From Ylistrum balloti (Eukaryota), in NCBI RefSeq assembly GCF_031769215.1, contig NW_026781978.1, positions 1,488,001 through 1,552,000 on the forward strand: 64,000 nucleotides of DNA, in the 5' to 3' direction. Both the position numbers and the translations under genes were made by a program. Shown here piece by piece: positions 26,301 to 40,600 of this stretch; the stretch's first letter is position 1; each line of letters begins with the position of its first letter. The notes under the pieces were generated by a model that had not been told where the DNA came from, ran no database searches, and was given only the letters and a program-made list of their open reading frames with translations.

Positions 26301-28214
26301 GATCTTTATTAACCGATCTTCACTGAGACAGGTGTACTACTGTATGACCTGGTAATTATTGATTTTACCTTTAAAGATAATTCAGCCTTGACGTTTGATG
26401 TTCGGATCCGCAAACGATATGTATTGTGCGTATGACGGACAACGAAATAGATGTAAAAACTCAGTTCTCATGATCCCTTAATTTCATTAACCAGATAATT
26501 TGATGAAAAAATAAATAATACGACTTGCTATGATAACCCTTTGGGTCAGGAGTGCTAACAAACAAATCTGTCCTTAATGAATGTAAGAGCAGTACCTTCG
26601 TCTAAAATTGTACACCGGATATAGTTATACGCGAGGCGTAAAACCGAAAAAAAAAAAAAAACAAAACAAAAAACAGCGTTGACAGAACGTAAGAAATTCG
26701 TTCCTTTTATTCATCTGACGTAGGATTATTTGATTTCATTTTGGGGTGTACTTGAGGAAGTACATGGAAATTTACCTTCGGAGAAATGATAAAGTCGAAA
26801 TTGGGTAGCATTTCATGTCGTCAAACATTCTGCCTTCGTTTTATATCACCGACATCCAAAAATATGTAATTATTGTAACCAAACCGATATAATATCAATT
26901 CATTGAGTATGGATACCGTTTCATTGGCATAATTAATTAGGCATCTGTACGATTTATAGTCATTTGAAATTCCGTGAGTGCCGATATGGTGTATGTATGG
27001 AGCGTAGTTAGCTTCGAACAAAAGTAATTTGTGTGTAGCTTCCTTATTCAGAACAGCATTTACATAAATATCATGCAATGTAATTATCTTCATTCGTCAC
27101 ACGAATATGTCGCCTTATTGCGATTTTCCCGATGGGTGCCCAAAAATGACAGGTTTGACCACAAGAATTTTATAGTGAGTAAATTACACATTCAAATTTC
27201 TCATTTGGTGTTTCCAATGTTACTCTGGACTCGCGTTTCCCTATATCCGGTGTACCGATGATAGACGGTGATGGTTGATAGAAGGGGATGGTGCAGTTTG
27301 AAGTTGGTCAAGTGTTACGCATAGTTTACAAGCCTTGCCGGAGTAATTGTCAGCATGCGGATGAGTGCGACACCATAATAGTAGCGGGGTTCTCACGATG
27401 ACTGCAACTTACATATTTTAAAGGACCACCCAGCCATATGTAAACTAGGGGCGCCAAGCAACGACGAACCACATGGCAGAGGAAACAATTACATTATTTC
27501 AGTATCGGTGACCTTAGCAAACTTATTGTAGACTTTTTTCCAAAGAAATAATATGGCAGTGCTAGCAGAAATAGGTGGTAGTTGAAATATTCATAAAAGG
27601 GATAGGTCATTTGACAGAAGCTTCTACCTTTCTGACAGCCAAAGTCAGTCTTAAACAACTGATTATTCGAGCGAGTCAGAATCAATAACGCACATTTCTT
27701 TAATTTAAAATGTTGACACCACTACCTGATCATATAGCGACCAACTAAAAATTGTCTATTTGAAGATTCTTACACCAAATTTCATGCAGCTAGCGCTGTT
27801 TCGCTCTAACCATAAAAGGGTGTTTATTAATAAAACGCCACCATTGTCATGGTATAAATGAAATCAGGAAAATTTATTCTTTCCTGTAGAAAGGATTTTT
27901 GGCAATCTGACTATAGGTAAAGAACGCATGGAACGCGAGGTATGTTTCCTGCAATTCACAAGAAGTAACTAACGTTGTAAGGCCAGCTTGAAGCAAATAA
28001 TGAAATGGAAGAATGTGAACAGTACAATTTGTATGACACAGCCAATTATAAATCATTTATATACACACTACAGATTGGTTACACATATCACTTGTCATAT
28101 CTTACTACGTAATAAAATGTCTTGTAAGCCACTTTTTTGGCTGGGCATATTTTATGAAACTATAGTGCAAACGTGTATTATATGCTTGATACTTTAATAA
28201 GATATTTTGAACTT

Positions 28215-28440
28215 TGAACATGAATCTGTCCCCTGCCAAGACCTACCAGACCCTAAACGTTCAGTGTTGCTATAGTTTGCTCGTTATCAGTATGTGACTG
28301 GGCGGGATGTCCTGCAGGAGGCAGTATGTTTCAGTATGGTAACACTGTAAAGATGGCTTCAGTTCCGCACTCTACACGAACATAACCCAGACTCCAAAAC
28401 ACCTAACACAAGCATGCACACATCGAGAGGATGCTTAAAA
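28215..28440 (+). mobile_element. 5'-truncated Nin/Deu-domain-like SINE fragment
   Basis: CAGTATGTGACTGGGCGGGATGTC…TTTCAGTATGGTAACACTGTAAAG resembles the recalled Nin/Deu core (ATGTGACTGGGTGGGGTATC…TTCAGTGAGGCAGCACTATAAAG). Confidence 0.45.
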
Positions 28441-28874
28441 AACAGGTGTTGATTCTTCGGATTTTTTTTTTTTATATATCTGTTACGTTGGATACATTTT
28501 CATTTTCCGGCCACTTTGAATGCATTTTATATCCCTCTTGCCTTGGTTACATTTTTCGAGCGCTTGTTAATTTTTATTGCATTTTCGTAACTCTGTTTTT
28601 TTTTTGTTTTTTTTGGTCATATTTTACATACTAACGTTTGTGACATATCAAATTTTCTAACTTTTGATCATTTTAAAAAAGATACTCATTTTTTGTTAAC
28701 AAATGAGATGATACCCTATATCTTAGTCCACATTCAGCCCGAAATACGTAGAAAATCTACTCATTTTGGCATTGAAAAAAAGGAGTAGTTTTCAACTTAA
28801 AACAATAATTTTCCTACTAAAACTTTATTTCACAGCAATTGCGAAACAAATTATTCTACCATCTAATAATCACA

Positions 28875-28960
28875 CTTGTTGGTTCGGATGGAAGTGCTGA
28901 AGGATCTGACTGTGGGAGGAAACCGGAGTACCGGGGAAAACCCACGTGGTCAGGTGACCT
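28875..28960 (-). mobile_element. SINE central-domain fragment (V/CORE-like)
   Basis: Minus strand GGGTTTTCCCCGGTACTCCGGTTTCCTCCCACA, a characteristic SINE body motif. Confidence 0.6.
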
Positions 28961-30481
28961 CAGAAAAAAAATAAGAAAAACTAACACCAAATAAGATCCA
29001 ATGAGCCTTATAGCAAGTATCTGTCCTGATTAAAGTCACATTTCGTAGCTATTCTAACAAATATGTTTAATTGGTGGTATTAATAGATTACACCTCATAG
29101 AAGTGTTTCCGTCACAAACAAGTATTTTAAGGCAGAGGAAAAGAGCACCAATGATATTTGACAGATACATGGAGAAAGAAATAAAAAAAACCCAATATAT
29201 CCGACAGACAGTCACACGCAGAGATTAATTTACCTTAGACAAGATACAAACATCCATAACACTGCTGAAGCTTTCACAGTTCTCGACTTCAGAAATAAAT
29301 CTCACTATATCTTATATATATATTGCTAACGAATCCTGTTCATTGCGGGAAGCCAAGACCTGTCGGAGTAGTGGTAATAAGAATGTAACAAATGTTAAAA
29401 ATAATTCTTATAGTCAAAACCTTTATATTCACATGGCTGATGAAAATATGCATAACTTGCATGACTCATGACAGGTGTTTATCACTATATGGAGGTATCC
29501 TTGGCTCTTCAAGGTTACGGACAGAAATAGACACTAATCGTACATATGTTCCTGTGACATAAACCAATGGGATGTGTCAGACATGATAGTCTATCCCAAG
29601 GACATCTCGCCAGTGCGACCCATATAGTAACACAACAGTCCCAAAGGGCTTGTATTTCCAAAGATAACAATGATTATGCAATGATGCAGCTTAGTTTGTA
29701 TGGGTAAACAAATAAACGTTACACCAGCTACAAAAGTTCCAGCTAAAGAGCCAAAATTTAATAAAAGGTTCTTACTGTAGGTAAAAGCAGGCCATTAGTT
29801 TTGAAGTGACTTCCTTCTTTTCTGTAACTCAAACCGCATCAAAATTACTGAACAAATATGAAGCATTTAAAAACGAAATTCCCACGACTTCTTTAAAATG
29901 ACCAAGTATATGTGAAATTGAGAAATATGAAAACATGCCATATTTGCTTTGTAGTTAGTTTCATTTACATAGTAAGGAGGAGAACGTGTGCTTAATAAGG
30001 AGTAGTCATTGCATAGATGAACAGACAACACAGGGCATATCATCCAAAGGTCAGTCTTGAAAGAGCAAATAAAAAAAGAACAATTTGACATAATCTTTAT
30101 TTTCAATTACCGTTACGGTAGGATGATTTTCAATTTGTAAAGACGAAATAGTATGTAAAATTTTGAAATATATATCTATGCTAAGAATTTGTAAAATGTC
30201 TAAAAATGATCTTCCCATGGTAAGATTTAACTTTTTTGACTTGCAAGTTAAAAGAAGAAAATAAGCTGTTAAAATATTTGTTCAAGATTTTTTAAGGGCA
30301 GTGTATAAGGAATCTGCAACAACTAAGATGCAAAATTTAAAAATATTAGAAAATCATCTAACATTAAATATCAGCACCTGGTGATAAGCCATGGGGACAT
30401 ATATCAACCATGATGTAGGAGAAAGTTCTCTTCCAATCAGATGGTCCAGACCAAGATCAGGCTCATATAACACATTTTCTA

Positions 30482-31078
30482 CACAAGAGGCCTAAGCTGC
30501 CTTGATGGTCACCTGAGATAAGCAATATTGAATATAAAGGTTAAAGGATAGTTATCAAGTGTCATGAAACAGAAATTGTGGCACTAAATATAGTAAGCAC
30601 GTGTTAATACATGCATACCATCAAAACTATCATCCTATACTGATAATTCTTACGAAGTTATTTCCAGTGTGAAATAACCAACATTATGCTCCAAAATGCA
30701 ATTTTTCTATGAAAATTACAGTTACAATTACCAGAATAAAATGTGAAACTCATTTTGGTAATAAAAGCACCTTAAGATGCTTCCATTCATGAAGAGCATT
30801 TGATTCTACCATATCTGGGTGTTGAGAAGATATTTTGAAATTTAAGTCAATTTGACCCCTCCGGCCCCTGTGGGGTGGGTACTGTATAATTACAATTTTC
30901 TTTCATCTTAGGCCAGGGAAGAGGTTTCTGAAATTTTTTTAATGAAATTGGATCAGTGGTTTTCAAGAAGAAGTCAAAAATGTTAAATTGTTTACAGACA
31001 CACAACACATGAAGCACAATGCCGAATGAAGGTGTTTGTAATAAGTAAACATAAGACTTTGTCTCAGGTGAACTAATA
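30482..31078 (+). mobile_element. Non-autonomous Helentron-like element
   Basis: Starts ACAAGAGGCC…GGTCACCTGAG and ends CTCAGGTGAACTAA, with internal GAAGAAGATATTT / GGTTTTCAAGAAGAAG modules. Such elements are known to be abundant in oysters. Confidence 0.6.
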
Positions 31079-31611
31079 ATGTACACATTACAAAATCAAC
31101 TCAAAGTCTCTGACAAGATCTGAAGACAAAACATATCCCACTATAATTGTAAATTTGGAAATATCTGACGAGAGGCCTGAATGGCATGTTTCATAAACCA
31201 ATTGCACTACAACAATCTTATCAAAAGCAGTATTACAAAGTCTCATCTCTCTCAGATTATAGATCATATTAATATTTGATCCTGATCAGTGATGAATATG
31301 ACATTTTTCCTTGGATTTCTATAAGAAAAAAAATGTTCACAACTGATTACCCTAGCATTGCTGTTATAGGTAATACACACACTCTCGTTTTTTATGAGAT
31401 ATTTTTATTGCATTTTTCCCAATTTACTTACTAGTCAAATACCAAGACCTGTTTATTACCATTTTTCACTCAACAAGAAGCAGTGAAAAGTAAATTCTTG
31501 ACTAGTAGATAACAGATACTACACCATATCATTAACTCACTGTCACATAGTGCAGAGAGCTAAAGTGTATGCTACAACATAGCAGTAACTACAACATAAT
31601 CAAACTTTGAA

Positions 31612-34600
31612 CTAAAATCCTTGGTATGATATTTTGCTACGTTTCTTGGACAATTTCCAGTCTTTATTGGGAGAATTAATCACTGTCGTATGTGACTTCA
31701 TTTTTGAGGTGAATGAAGGTATTTTTGGGTCACGAGGTGTGGGTGTGACGTTAGTCAATATTGATTCTGAAAACATACTAAAAGACTGTGCAATATCTTG
31801 AGAGAAGAATTCACTATCCCTATCATCCATGATATCAGCTGATTGCATCAGCATGTAACTTTCATCTGTAGAGACAGCCTCATGATGATCTGTTGGCTGT
31901 CCTACAACTTCTTCACCTGGATCATCAGAAAACAAAACTGCTGACGATAAGCGTTTTTTTCTTTTCTTCGAGTGTATTAAGAAATCTTGTGATCTAACTG
32001 AAATGTTTTCTTGTCCCTCATCAGTTGTGACACCAGTTGATCGGGCAATGTCATTTTCTAGCTGATGTTCCTCTTCCCTCAGTGTACTTATATCAATACC
32101 GAATAGCCTATGAAAACTAGTATCACTGTCTTCGCCATCACTTCCAGGTTCTCTATTGTTTATACTTGACTCCATGTTGTCATTACTAGTATCCCCTAGT
32201 GGCAGTGACTGATTTCCAGCATCCACAGCAATTTGAAGATTTCTAATCAATTGTTGATCCTCATCCTCAAGTTTGTTGGACTTTTTCTGTCTCTTTTCCT
32301 TATTTTCTTCTTTCTTCTTGTTCACTTCTTCATCCTAAAACAAGCACATGTTTTAATCAATAAGTTCCATACAAAGAAAACTAATTATGTTCTTGTTCCA
32401 GTAAACATATCACATGAGTGTGATGTAAGGATGTGGTCCCAGTTTTTCAAACATTATAAAAGGTGATGAATTCAAAGCAGTTTGGAAATACATCAACAGA
32501 ATTTATCAATTTACAAAAAATGTACAACAGAGGTAAGGCTGGTTCATGAACACCCACCTTTTCTTTTAACAGGGCTGTGAGATCAGGACTTTCTTCCTCC
32601 CACAAGGCCTTTAGAATCTTACTCAAGGCATTTGTCTCTGGAAATCTTTCTTCTTTCTCTGTCCTCCTGTTCTGTGCACAAGGTATTTCAAAATTTCCTA
32701 TAGAATACCGAGTAGAGTATGAATGTTTGTGGTCATCAGGCCCGTATCCTACCACTCTCTGTAAAAACATGAATTCCTTAAAATTAAAGATATTTTTCAA
32801 TACAATACTTGGTAAAGGGAGACAATCCAAGATGAACACCATCTTTCAATGTATCACAGAACAATCAAAAGTGCTAGACTGCTACTTGGGACAAAAGAAA
32901 AACACAAAAACACAAGGCCACAGACAATATAGTTTTAGATCTATTTGGTAGAATAAATAAGAAATTATGTTCTGATATCAAAATTCAAAGTGAAAGGTGA
33001 ACAAGTTACCCCTGTACAAGCCTCAGTGTGAATATTCACAGAACAATGAAACAGCATCAGTTTATATTTTCATTAAACCAGCAATGATATATGGTTGGGA
33101 TTACAATAAGTCATAGAATTTTTACCAGATAATACAGTTATACTGTCACAGCTTAGGATAATACCTTCTGATGGTATAACTACCAAGATTTAGTTACTTA
33201 CCATCCCTGACTGTATTAGCTGATGACCAGTGGCCAAGCTCTGACAACAGACTGGACACTGGTCAGTGTCTGTATCATTGTCCATTCTTTCAATGTCTGG
33301 GTGACAAATTGGACATCTGATGTGGGGCTTTTTTGCCAAAGACATATCTATAGGATCATAAATACACAGATATGTTAATAGGGTCAAAATATACAGAAAA
33401 AAATACATGGTAATAAATATACATCAGTAAAAATTTCTATAACTTTATAGTGATACATCAGGTAACATATATACAGAAATCACTAACGGGTTAAAATATC
33501 CAGTGATCTCTACAGGGTTACAAATGTACGTTGATCTGTACAGGATTATCAACATACATATCTCTATAGGGTTACAACTATACAGAGGTCTCTTAATGGC
33601 TACAAAAATATATATCTCTTTAGGGTTCAAAATACTGTACAGATTGTTTCTATTTTCAAAGATAAAATCAAATTCAAAGTACTACTACAGAGAAACCCAT
33701 AATCCATTTCATTACTTCTCTGAAAAATACATTCTTTTTGCTTACATGTCTTGGTAACATTATAGAAATTTTAACCAACCTTTACAGTTTACAGAGATCC
33801 CTGTCAAGGCTACTGAAAAACATAGTCTGATGACAATAGCATCAGGTTGCTAGCAATCATTATACATTAATTTCATTAGTCAGGTCAGGGTTTAAACTAG
33901 AGTATTACACTTATACCTCACATGAATTTCATCCATACCTTAACGTAATTATTCAAATATAGATTTGAAACATATAAATCTAACCTGTAATGCCAACTTT
34001 TTCCTTTGGTGTCAGCAGATTTTTGGAATCATTGTCTTTCTTCTTTTCTTTTTTTTTAAGATATCTTGAGATCCATTTGCGCCCCTTCTTGATTGTGATG
34101 TCATCCCAGGGTTTGCTATCGCTCTCAACTGAGCAGGTCTTGTCATGCCCTTTACTAGAGAAAGTGTAACCCTGATAAAACACTTCTCCGTAGCTGTCCA
34201 TCTATAAAGAAACACAAACAAATATAGCTATAATATGTCTACAATTGTAACACAAAGTCCCATTTCATAAGCGGTTTAAGACATGAGTCAAAAACTATCT
34301 GGTAGATCAAAAGGCTAAAGGCCTTGATACAAAAAAAGCTAATTTCACACTAAACTTCACCACTGGTTCTATGATATGGTATACACAGTAAACTTTAAAT
34401 TTTAATGATTTCACAGGAAACAAAATGGTGTCCCCTTCTCCTAAAAATGCTTCTCACTTAATTTGGTCATGAAATCTTCATTTTAACAGAAGAAGAAGAA
34501 TTTTAAAGCTTTTCCTCCATCTTCCCTACTTGTTCCACCCTTCTGGTCCCTAAGTGGTCAGACCTACTATTTATACAAAACTGAGTTTAGACAAACCCCT

Positions 34601-37600
34601 CTCACTCCTAGAGAAGATGTAAATAATTTAAAGGATGTGCTGAATTTCTCCAATTGAGCACTGCCTCTCAGAGATAAAAATTGAACCCTTCAAAAAGTCA
34701 ACCTTTACAGAACAATGTATGGTTTTATTAATGTATTTACACACTGACCTCAAATCAAGTATTTCACTCTAAAACCAAACTGATATTTGACTAAAGTGAC
34801 TTACACATTGTGACCCCCATGAGGTACTTCACCCTCAAACCAAAATGTTATCTGGGTAAAATGACTGACACACTGTGACCTCCCATGAAGTATTTCACCC
34901 TCAAACCAAAATGATCTGGGTAAAGTGACTGATATTCTGTAGTCTCACACGTTCTGACATTTAGAAGCATGTTTATGATAATTTGACAACACTATCTGTT
35001 AAATCATCAAGCAAGGATGGTTATGATATTGATAGTGGAGTAAGGAACATTATGTCAGATAGCCTACAGTAAGACATCTTATGTACATTGATCCAGGCCA
35101 ACATCAGTGATAAATAGAAGCTGAAAGCTTGTTTTGTGATTGTTGTGAAACAAATAATGTTTAAATTAGGGAATAATAATTTACCTGGACTGCAAAGAAA
35201 CCCTCGTCCACAGGCACAGCAGTTATACCTGTTAATGATGTGTTGAACCTGTCTGTCAACACAATCTCTGGTGTACCTCCACACACAGCCCCATGATAAA
35301 ATACATCACTGGATGAAGCATGCAGAGAGTAACAAAGAAAAAACAGATGTAGCATTTAATAGAAATCAGGGAGAGATATCCTCCAAGCACTGGTGTATCA
35401 ATAACCAGGGCCAATTTATACTCTCATACACTAAAACATTATGTCACATGTAATTGTTGCCTATGTCTAGGTAAATAAACAAGGCAGGTAGGTTCCAGAC
35501 GTGTAAAGTCATTAATCATTTCAGGCTTATTAGTATCACCAGAAACTGAACAATATTTAAACATGATCTGTATTATATAAAGGGACATAACTTCATAGGA
35601 AAAGAGTTTTAAACAACATGTAGATTTATGTTAAGGTTATTGTGAATATAAAGATTCACAAAACTAGTAAAAGAAAAAAGCTGCAATATGGTTTTTACAT
35701 ATTTACCACTTCATGTTATAGTAAGTTGTTAACCAATATCTGTTCAATAGGCATCATCATTGTTACAATGTAAATATCACATAGCAACCACCTGCTATGA
35801 TTGATGTGAAAGTAACATGTGAATTATGTCATATGTACAGTAATGTAGGAGTTGTTGTTTGGGCAAAACTGAGTCTACAGAACATTCCTATATCCCCTCC
35901 CCAACATTCATCATGAGGGGACAGTACCAGGTAAAATTGTGACAATGCTGTAAGATAATGAAATGAAAAAAGAAAGTGCTTATGCTTAAAGCTAGGTGTT
36001 ATTCAAATCCATTTCAATATATATGTGTCTAGTATTGGATATGCTACTATCATCAAACACAACACAGAAATCATTAGCTTAACTCACTCAATCCTTGACA
36101 CTCGCCAGGGAGCACCTAAAGCCTGGGCTGCCATCCCTGAGCTACACTTGTATGTGTAGCAGCAAACTTCTGGAGGACTCTGACTAGCTATCAAGAGGAT
36201 GCTGTGATCTTTGGTAGGAAAGTTCACTCCTTCTAAATACTGTGGAGGGTTGACCAACATGTGTTTCCAACTCAGCACCTATTTGAAGTAAATCAAAACA
36301 AAATTTTATGTTCACTGAAAATATTTTAATATCCAAACCAACAACTATACAGGGTCTGATCAACCATGAATCATACTTGTAATCTACCTTGCAATCAGTT
36401 GGGAGGGGCTAAAACATAATCTCCGAAAGTAAAGATTTTTTCTATTACAAGGCAGTGATAAGCCATTATTGGCATTGCTACTAAGACTGCATTAGATATG
36501 GGTGGGCTTATTGCAAGGCATGGACCTATTGTCAAGTAAGTGCAAATATGGTAAGATTTAGAAAAAGAAACCTACTAGAATTTCTGACATTTGTAGAGAA
36601 AACAATATGTAGTAAAGTAGAAATATTTGTTGTGATTAAAGTACAAGGCTGCATACAAACTGTGGACCTTATCGTTAGGTATGTATCTTACCGGTGTTGA
36701 AGGAAACCGCTGGTCAATCAAGAAGAGACTGTAGTTACAAGCAACAAAGTGATGAAATTCTGATGCTGTAGATTGTGTACTTAGATGAATCCTCTCCCCT
36801 AACATCACCAGGGGACTAGGCAATGCAAACAGGTCAACACCCTGCTGCCCAGGACTTCTCTACAACAAAGACAAACAGGTCTAAACTATGCTTCCCAGGA
36901 CTTCTCTATAACAAAGACAAACAAGTCAACACCCTGCTTCCCAGGACCTCTCTACAACAAAGACAAACAGGTCTAAACCATGCTGCCCAGGACTTCTCTA
37001 CAACAAAGACAAACAAGTCAACACCCTGCTTCCCAGGACTTCTCTACAACAAAGACAAACAGGTCTAAACCATGCTTCCCAGGACTTCTCTACAACAAAG
37101 ACAAACAACCCTGCTGCCCAGGACCTCTCTACAACAAAGACAAACAAGTCAACACCCTGCTTCCCAGGACTTCTCTACAACAAAGACAAACAGGTCTAAA
37201 CCATGCTTCCCAGGACTTCTCTACAACAAAGACAAACAAGTCAACACCCTGCTGCCCAGGACCTCTCTACAACAAAGACAAACAAGTCAACACCCTGCTT
37301 CCCAGGACTTCTCTACAACAAAGACAAACAGGTCTACAACAAAAACCAATGCTTCCCAGGACTTCTCTACAACAAAGACAAACAATGTCAACAACCAAAC
37401 TGCTGCCCAGGACTTCTCTACAACAAAGACAAACAAGTCAACACCCTGCTGCCCAGGACTTCTCTACAACAAAGACAAACAAGTCAACACCCTGCTTCCC
37501 AGGACTTCTCTACAACAAAGACAAACAGGTCTAAACCATGCTTCCCAGGACTTCTCTACAACAAAGACAAACAAGTCAACACCCTTCTGCCCAAGACTTC

Positions 37601-40600
37601 TCTACAACAAAGACAAACAGGTCTAAACCATGCTGCCCCGGACTTCTCTACAACAAAGACAAACAAGTCAACACCCTGCTTCCCAGGACTTCTCTACAAC
37701 AAAGACAAACAAGTCAACACCCTGCTGCCCAGGACCTCTCTACAACAAAGACAAACAAGTCAACACCCTGCTTCCCAGGACTTCTCTACAACAAAGACAA
37801 ACAGGTCTACAACAAAGACAAACAAGTCAACACCATGCTTCCCAGGACTTCTCTACAACAAAGACAAACAAGTCAACACCCTGCTGCCCAGGACCTCTCT
37901 ACAACAAAGACAAACAAGTCAACACCCTGCTTCCCAGGACTTCTCTACAACAAAGACAAACAGGTCTAAACCATGCTTCCCAGGACTTCTCTACAACAAA
38001 GACAAACAAGTCAACACCCTGCTGCCCAGGACTTCTCTACAACAAAGACAAACAAGTCAACACCCTGCTGCCCAGGACCTCTCTACAACAAAGACAAACA
38101 AGTCAACACCCTGCTGCCCAGGACTTCTCTACAACAAAGACAAACAGGTCTAAACCATGCTGCCCCGGACTTCTCTATAACAAAGACAAACAAGTCAACA
38201 CCCTGCTGCCCAGGTCTTCTCTACAACAAAGACTAACAGGTCTAAACCATGCTTCCCAGGACTTCTCTACAACAAAGACAAACAAGTCAACACCCTTCTG
38301 CCCAGGACTTCTCTACAACAAAGACAAACAAGTCAACACCCTGCTTCCCGGGACCTCTCTACAACAAGTGGTTTGGTAGGTGTAAGATAGGGGTGAAGCA
38401 GGGGTAGGAAAGTGGTGTGATATGAGAAGGATAGGGATGAGACAGGGGTAGGGAAGTGGTGTGGTAGGAGAAGGAAAGGTTTGAGACAGGAGTAGGGAAG
38501 TGGTGTGGTATGAGAAGGTTAGGGATGAGACAGGGGTAGGAAAGTGGTGTGGTATGAGAAGGAAAGGATGAGATGGGGTAGGGAAGTGGTGTGGTATGAG
38601 AAGGATAGGGATGAGACAGGGGTAGGGAAGTGGTGTGGTATGAGAAGGATAGGGATGAGACAGGGGTAGGGAAGTGGTGTGGTATGAGAAGGATAGGGAT
38701 GAGACAGGGGTAGGGAAGTGGTGTGGTATGAGAAGGATAGGGATGAGACAGGGGTAGGGAAGTGGTGTGGTATGAGAAGGATAGAGATAGACAGGGGTAG
38801 GGAAGTGGTGTGTTAGAGCAAATTAGGTATGAGACAGGGGTAGGGAAGTGGTGTGGTATGAGAAGGATAGGGATGAGACAGGGGTAGGGAAGTGGTGTGG
38901 TATGAGAAGGTTAGGGATGAGACAGGGGTAGGGAAGTGGTGTGGTATGAGAAGGATAGGGATGAGACAGGGGTAGGGAAGTGGTGTGGTATGAGAAGGAT
39001 AGGGATGAGACAGGGGTAGGGAAGTGGTGTGGTAGGAGAAGGAAAGGTTTGAGACAGGAGTAGGGAAGTGGTGTGGTATGAGAAGGTTAGGGATGAGACA
39101 GGGGTAGGAAAGTGGTGTGGTATGAGAAGGATAGGGATGAGACAGGGGTAGGGAAGTGGTGTGGTATGAGAAGGATAGGGATGAGACAGGGGTAGGCAGC
39201 TACCCCTCAGATTCTGTCTAGAACTAGTTAAATCATTGGTTAATTAACCAAAAAATTGAGGTGATGCATACCCTAATGTCAAACAGTTGTACAACAGTTG
39301 GGTCAGATGCAATAACTTCTCGAGGATGTGCTCCAAACTCTGCCCGTCTCCATGGTAATGAACACATAAACCTGGTGGACCTGCTTCCAATCACCTGTTC
39401 TGGTCTGCAACATTAACACTCAATCAGGCAAATGCCAAATTGCACATTGTTTTTGTAATTTCATTTCTCAAACTCAATTCTGAATTTTAACTTCTTATCA
39501 AAAGCTATGAATTATCTGGAAATAAGATCATGAGTATGTCATGATACAACTAACATGATACTCATCTGATCAAATTATGTTATTGGTGATGTAGTATATT
39601 ATATTCAGTCAACAGAAAAGGAAGGTTTATAAGAAGACAATGATTCATCAGATTTCATATTAACTGAGGTAATTGCAGGGATTTTGCTTAAGTGTTTTTC
39701 GTTCCATTAACGGGCCTCATTTCGAAATGAAATTACTTCATATATAAGTTAACTTCACAAAATTTGCAATTCACTCTTGAAAATGTCCTTCCACATTCAC
39801 TAATTTTCTTCTCAAGATAGATAGGCAAAAATGCTCTCCTCAAACCAATGAATAAAAAGCCCTGATCTGTTGCCCTAGAACCTGAAATGCTTTGATGGAC
39901 AGACACCTGATCAATATCACACTTGACTTGTTTTAACTATGAAACCAACAAAGTTACCTATTGTCAGGAGACCAGAGATACACAGCTCCAGTTGTAGTTG
40001 ATACCAAACAATCACCAGGAATGTAGTCACTGTAAATAAACAAGCTCTCATTTTTATCTTACATTGACATCATAAAACAATATTTGACCTAATAAGAACA
40101 GTATGCATGAGTACAAAGACACAAGAGGAGAGTCAATGACACATCAGTGAAGTGAGCAAAGTTTTTCCCTTTTTATCAAAAAAAAGACTATGGTACCATT
40201 ACTTCTAACCAAAACATCAAAGTCTACAAAGCATTGAATATATTTCCAAACAGTTATTTAGTTGTAATATTTAAGTTAACACTAATACAGTTTCATTTTT
40301 TTTTTAATTCAATGTACCTCAAATGAACCGAGGTTGGATGCCCCTGCTGTGCGGTGAAGTGAGCAAGCCCAACAGGGGTAAAGGTACTGCTGTCTTGTCT
40401 GTTACTGTAGAGCCTACACGTGTCAAGGCCTCGTGCAGCTAGGTAATCTGTGGATGGACATTTGCATATATATATATGTGTGTGTATGTGTGTGTTATTC
40501 TATGATGTTGAGTTGATATCTAAAGTTTTGTCTTTACCAATTGAATGCATTTTGATTATTCTACAAAGCAGGTGAAAATATCACATTTCATATTTCTACC

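Noticed and set aside
36823-38379. Long + strand ORFs (up to 316 aa) as a repetitive protein gene
   Set aside because: All three frames give the same permuted peptides of a 46-bp repeat, antisense to a TAF1C intron.
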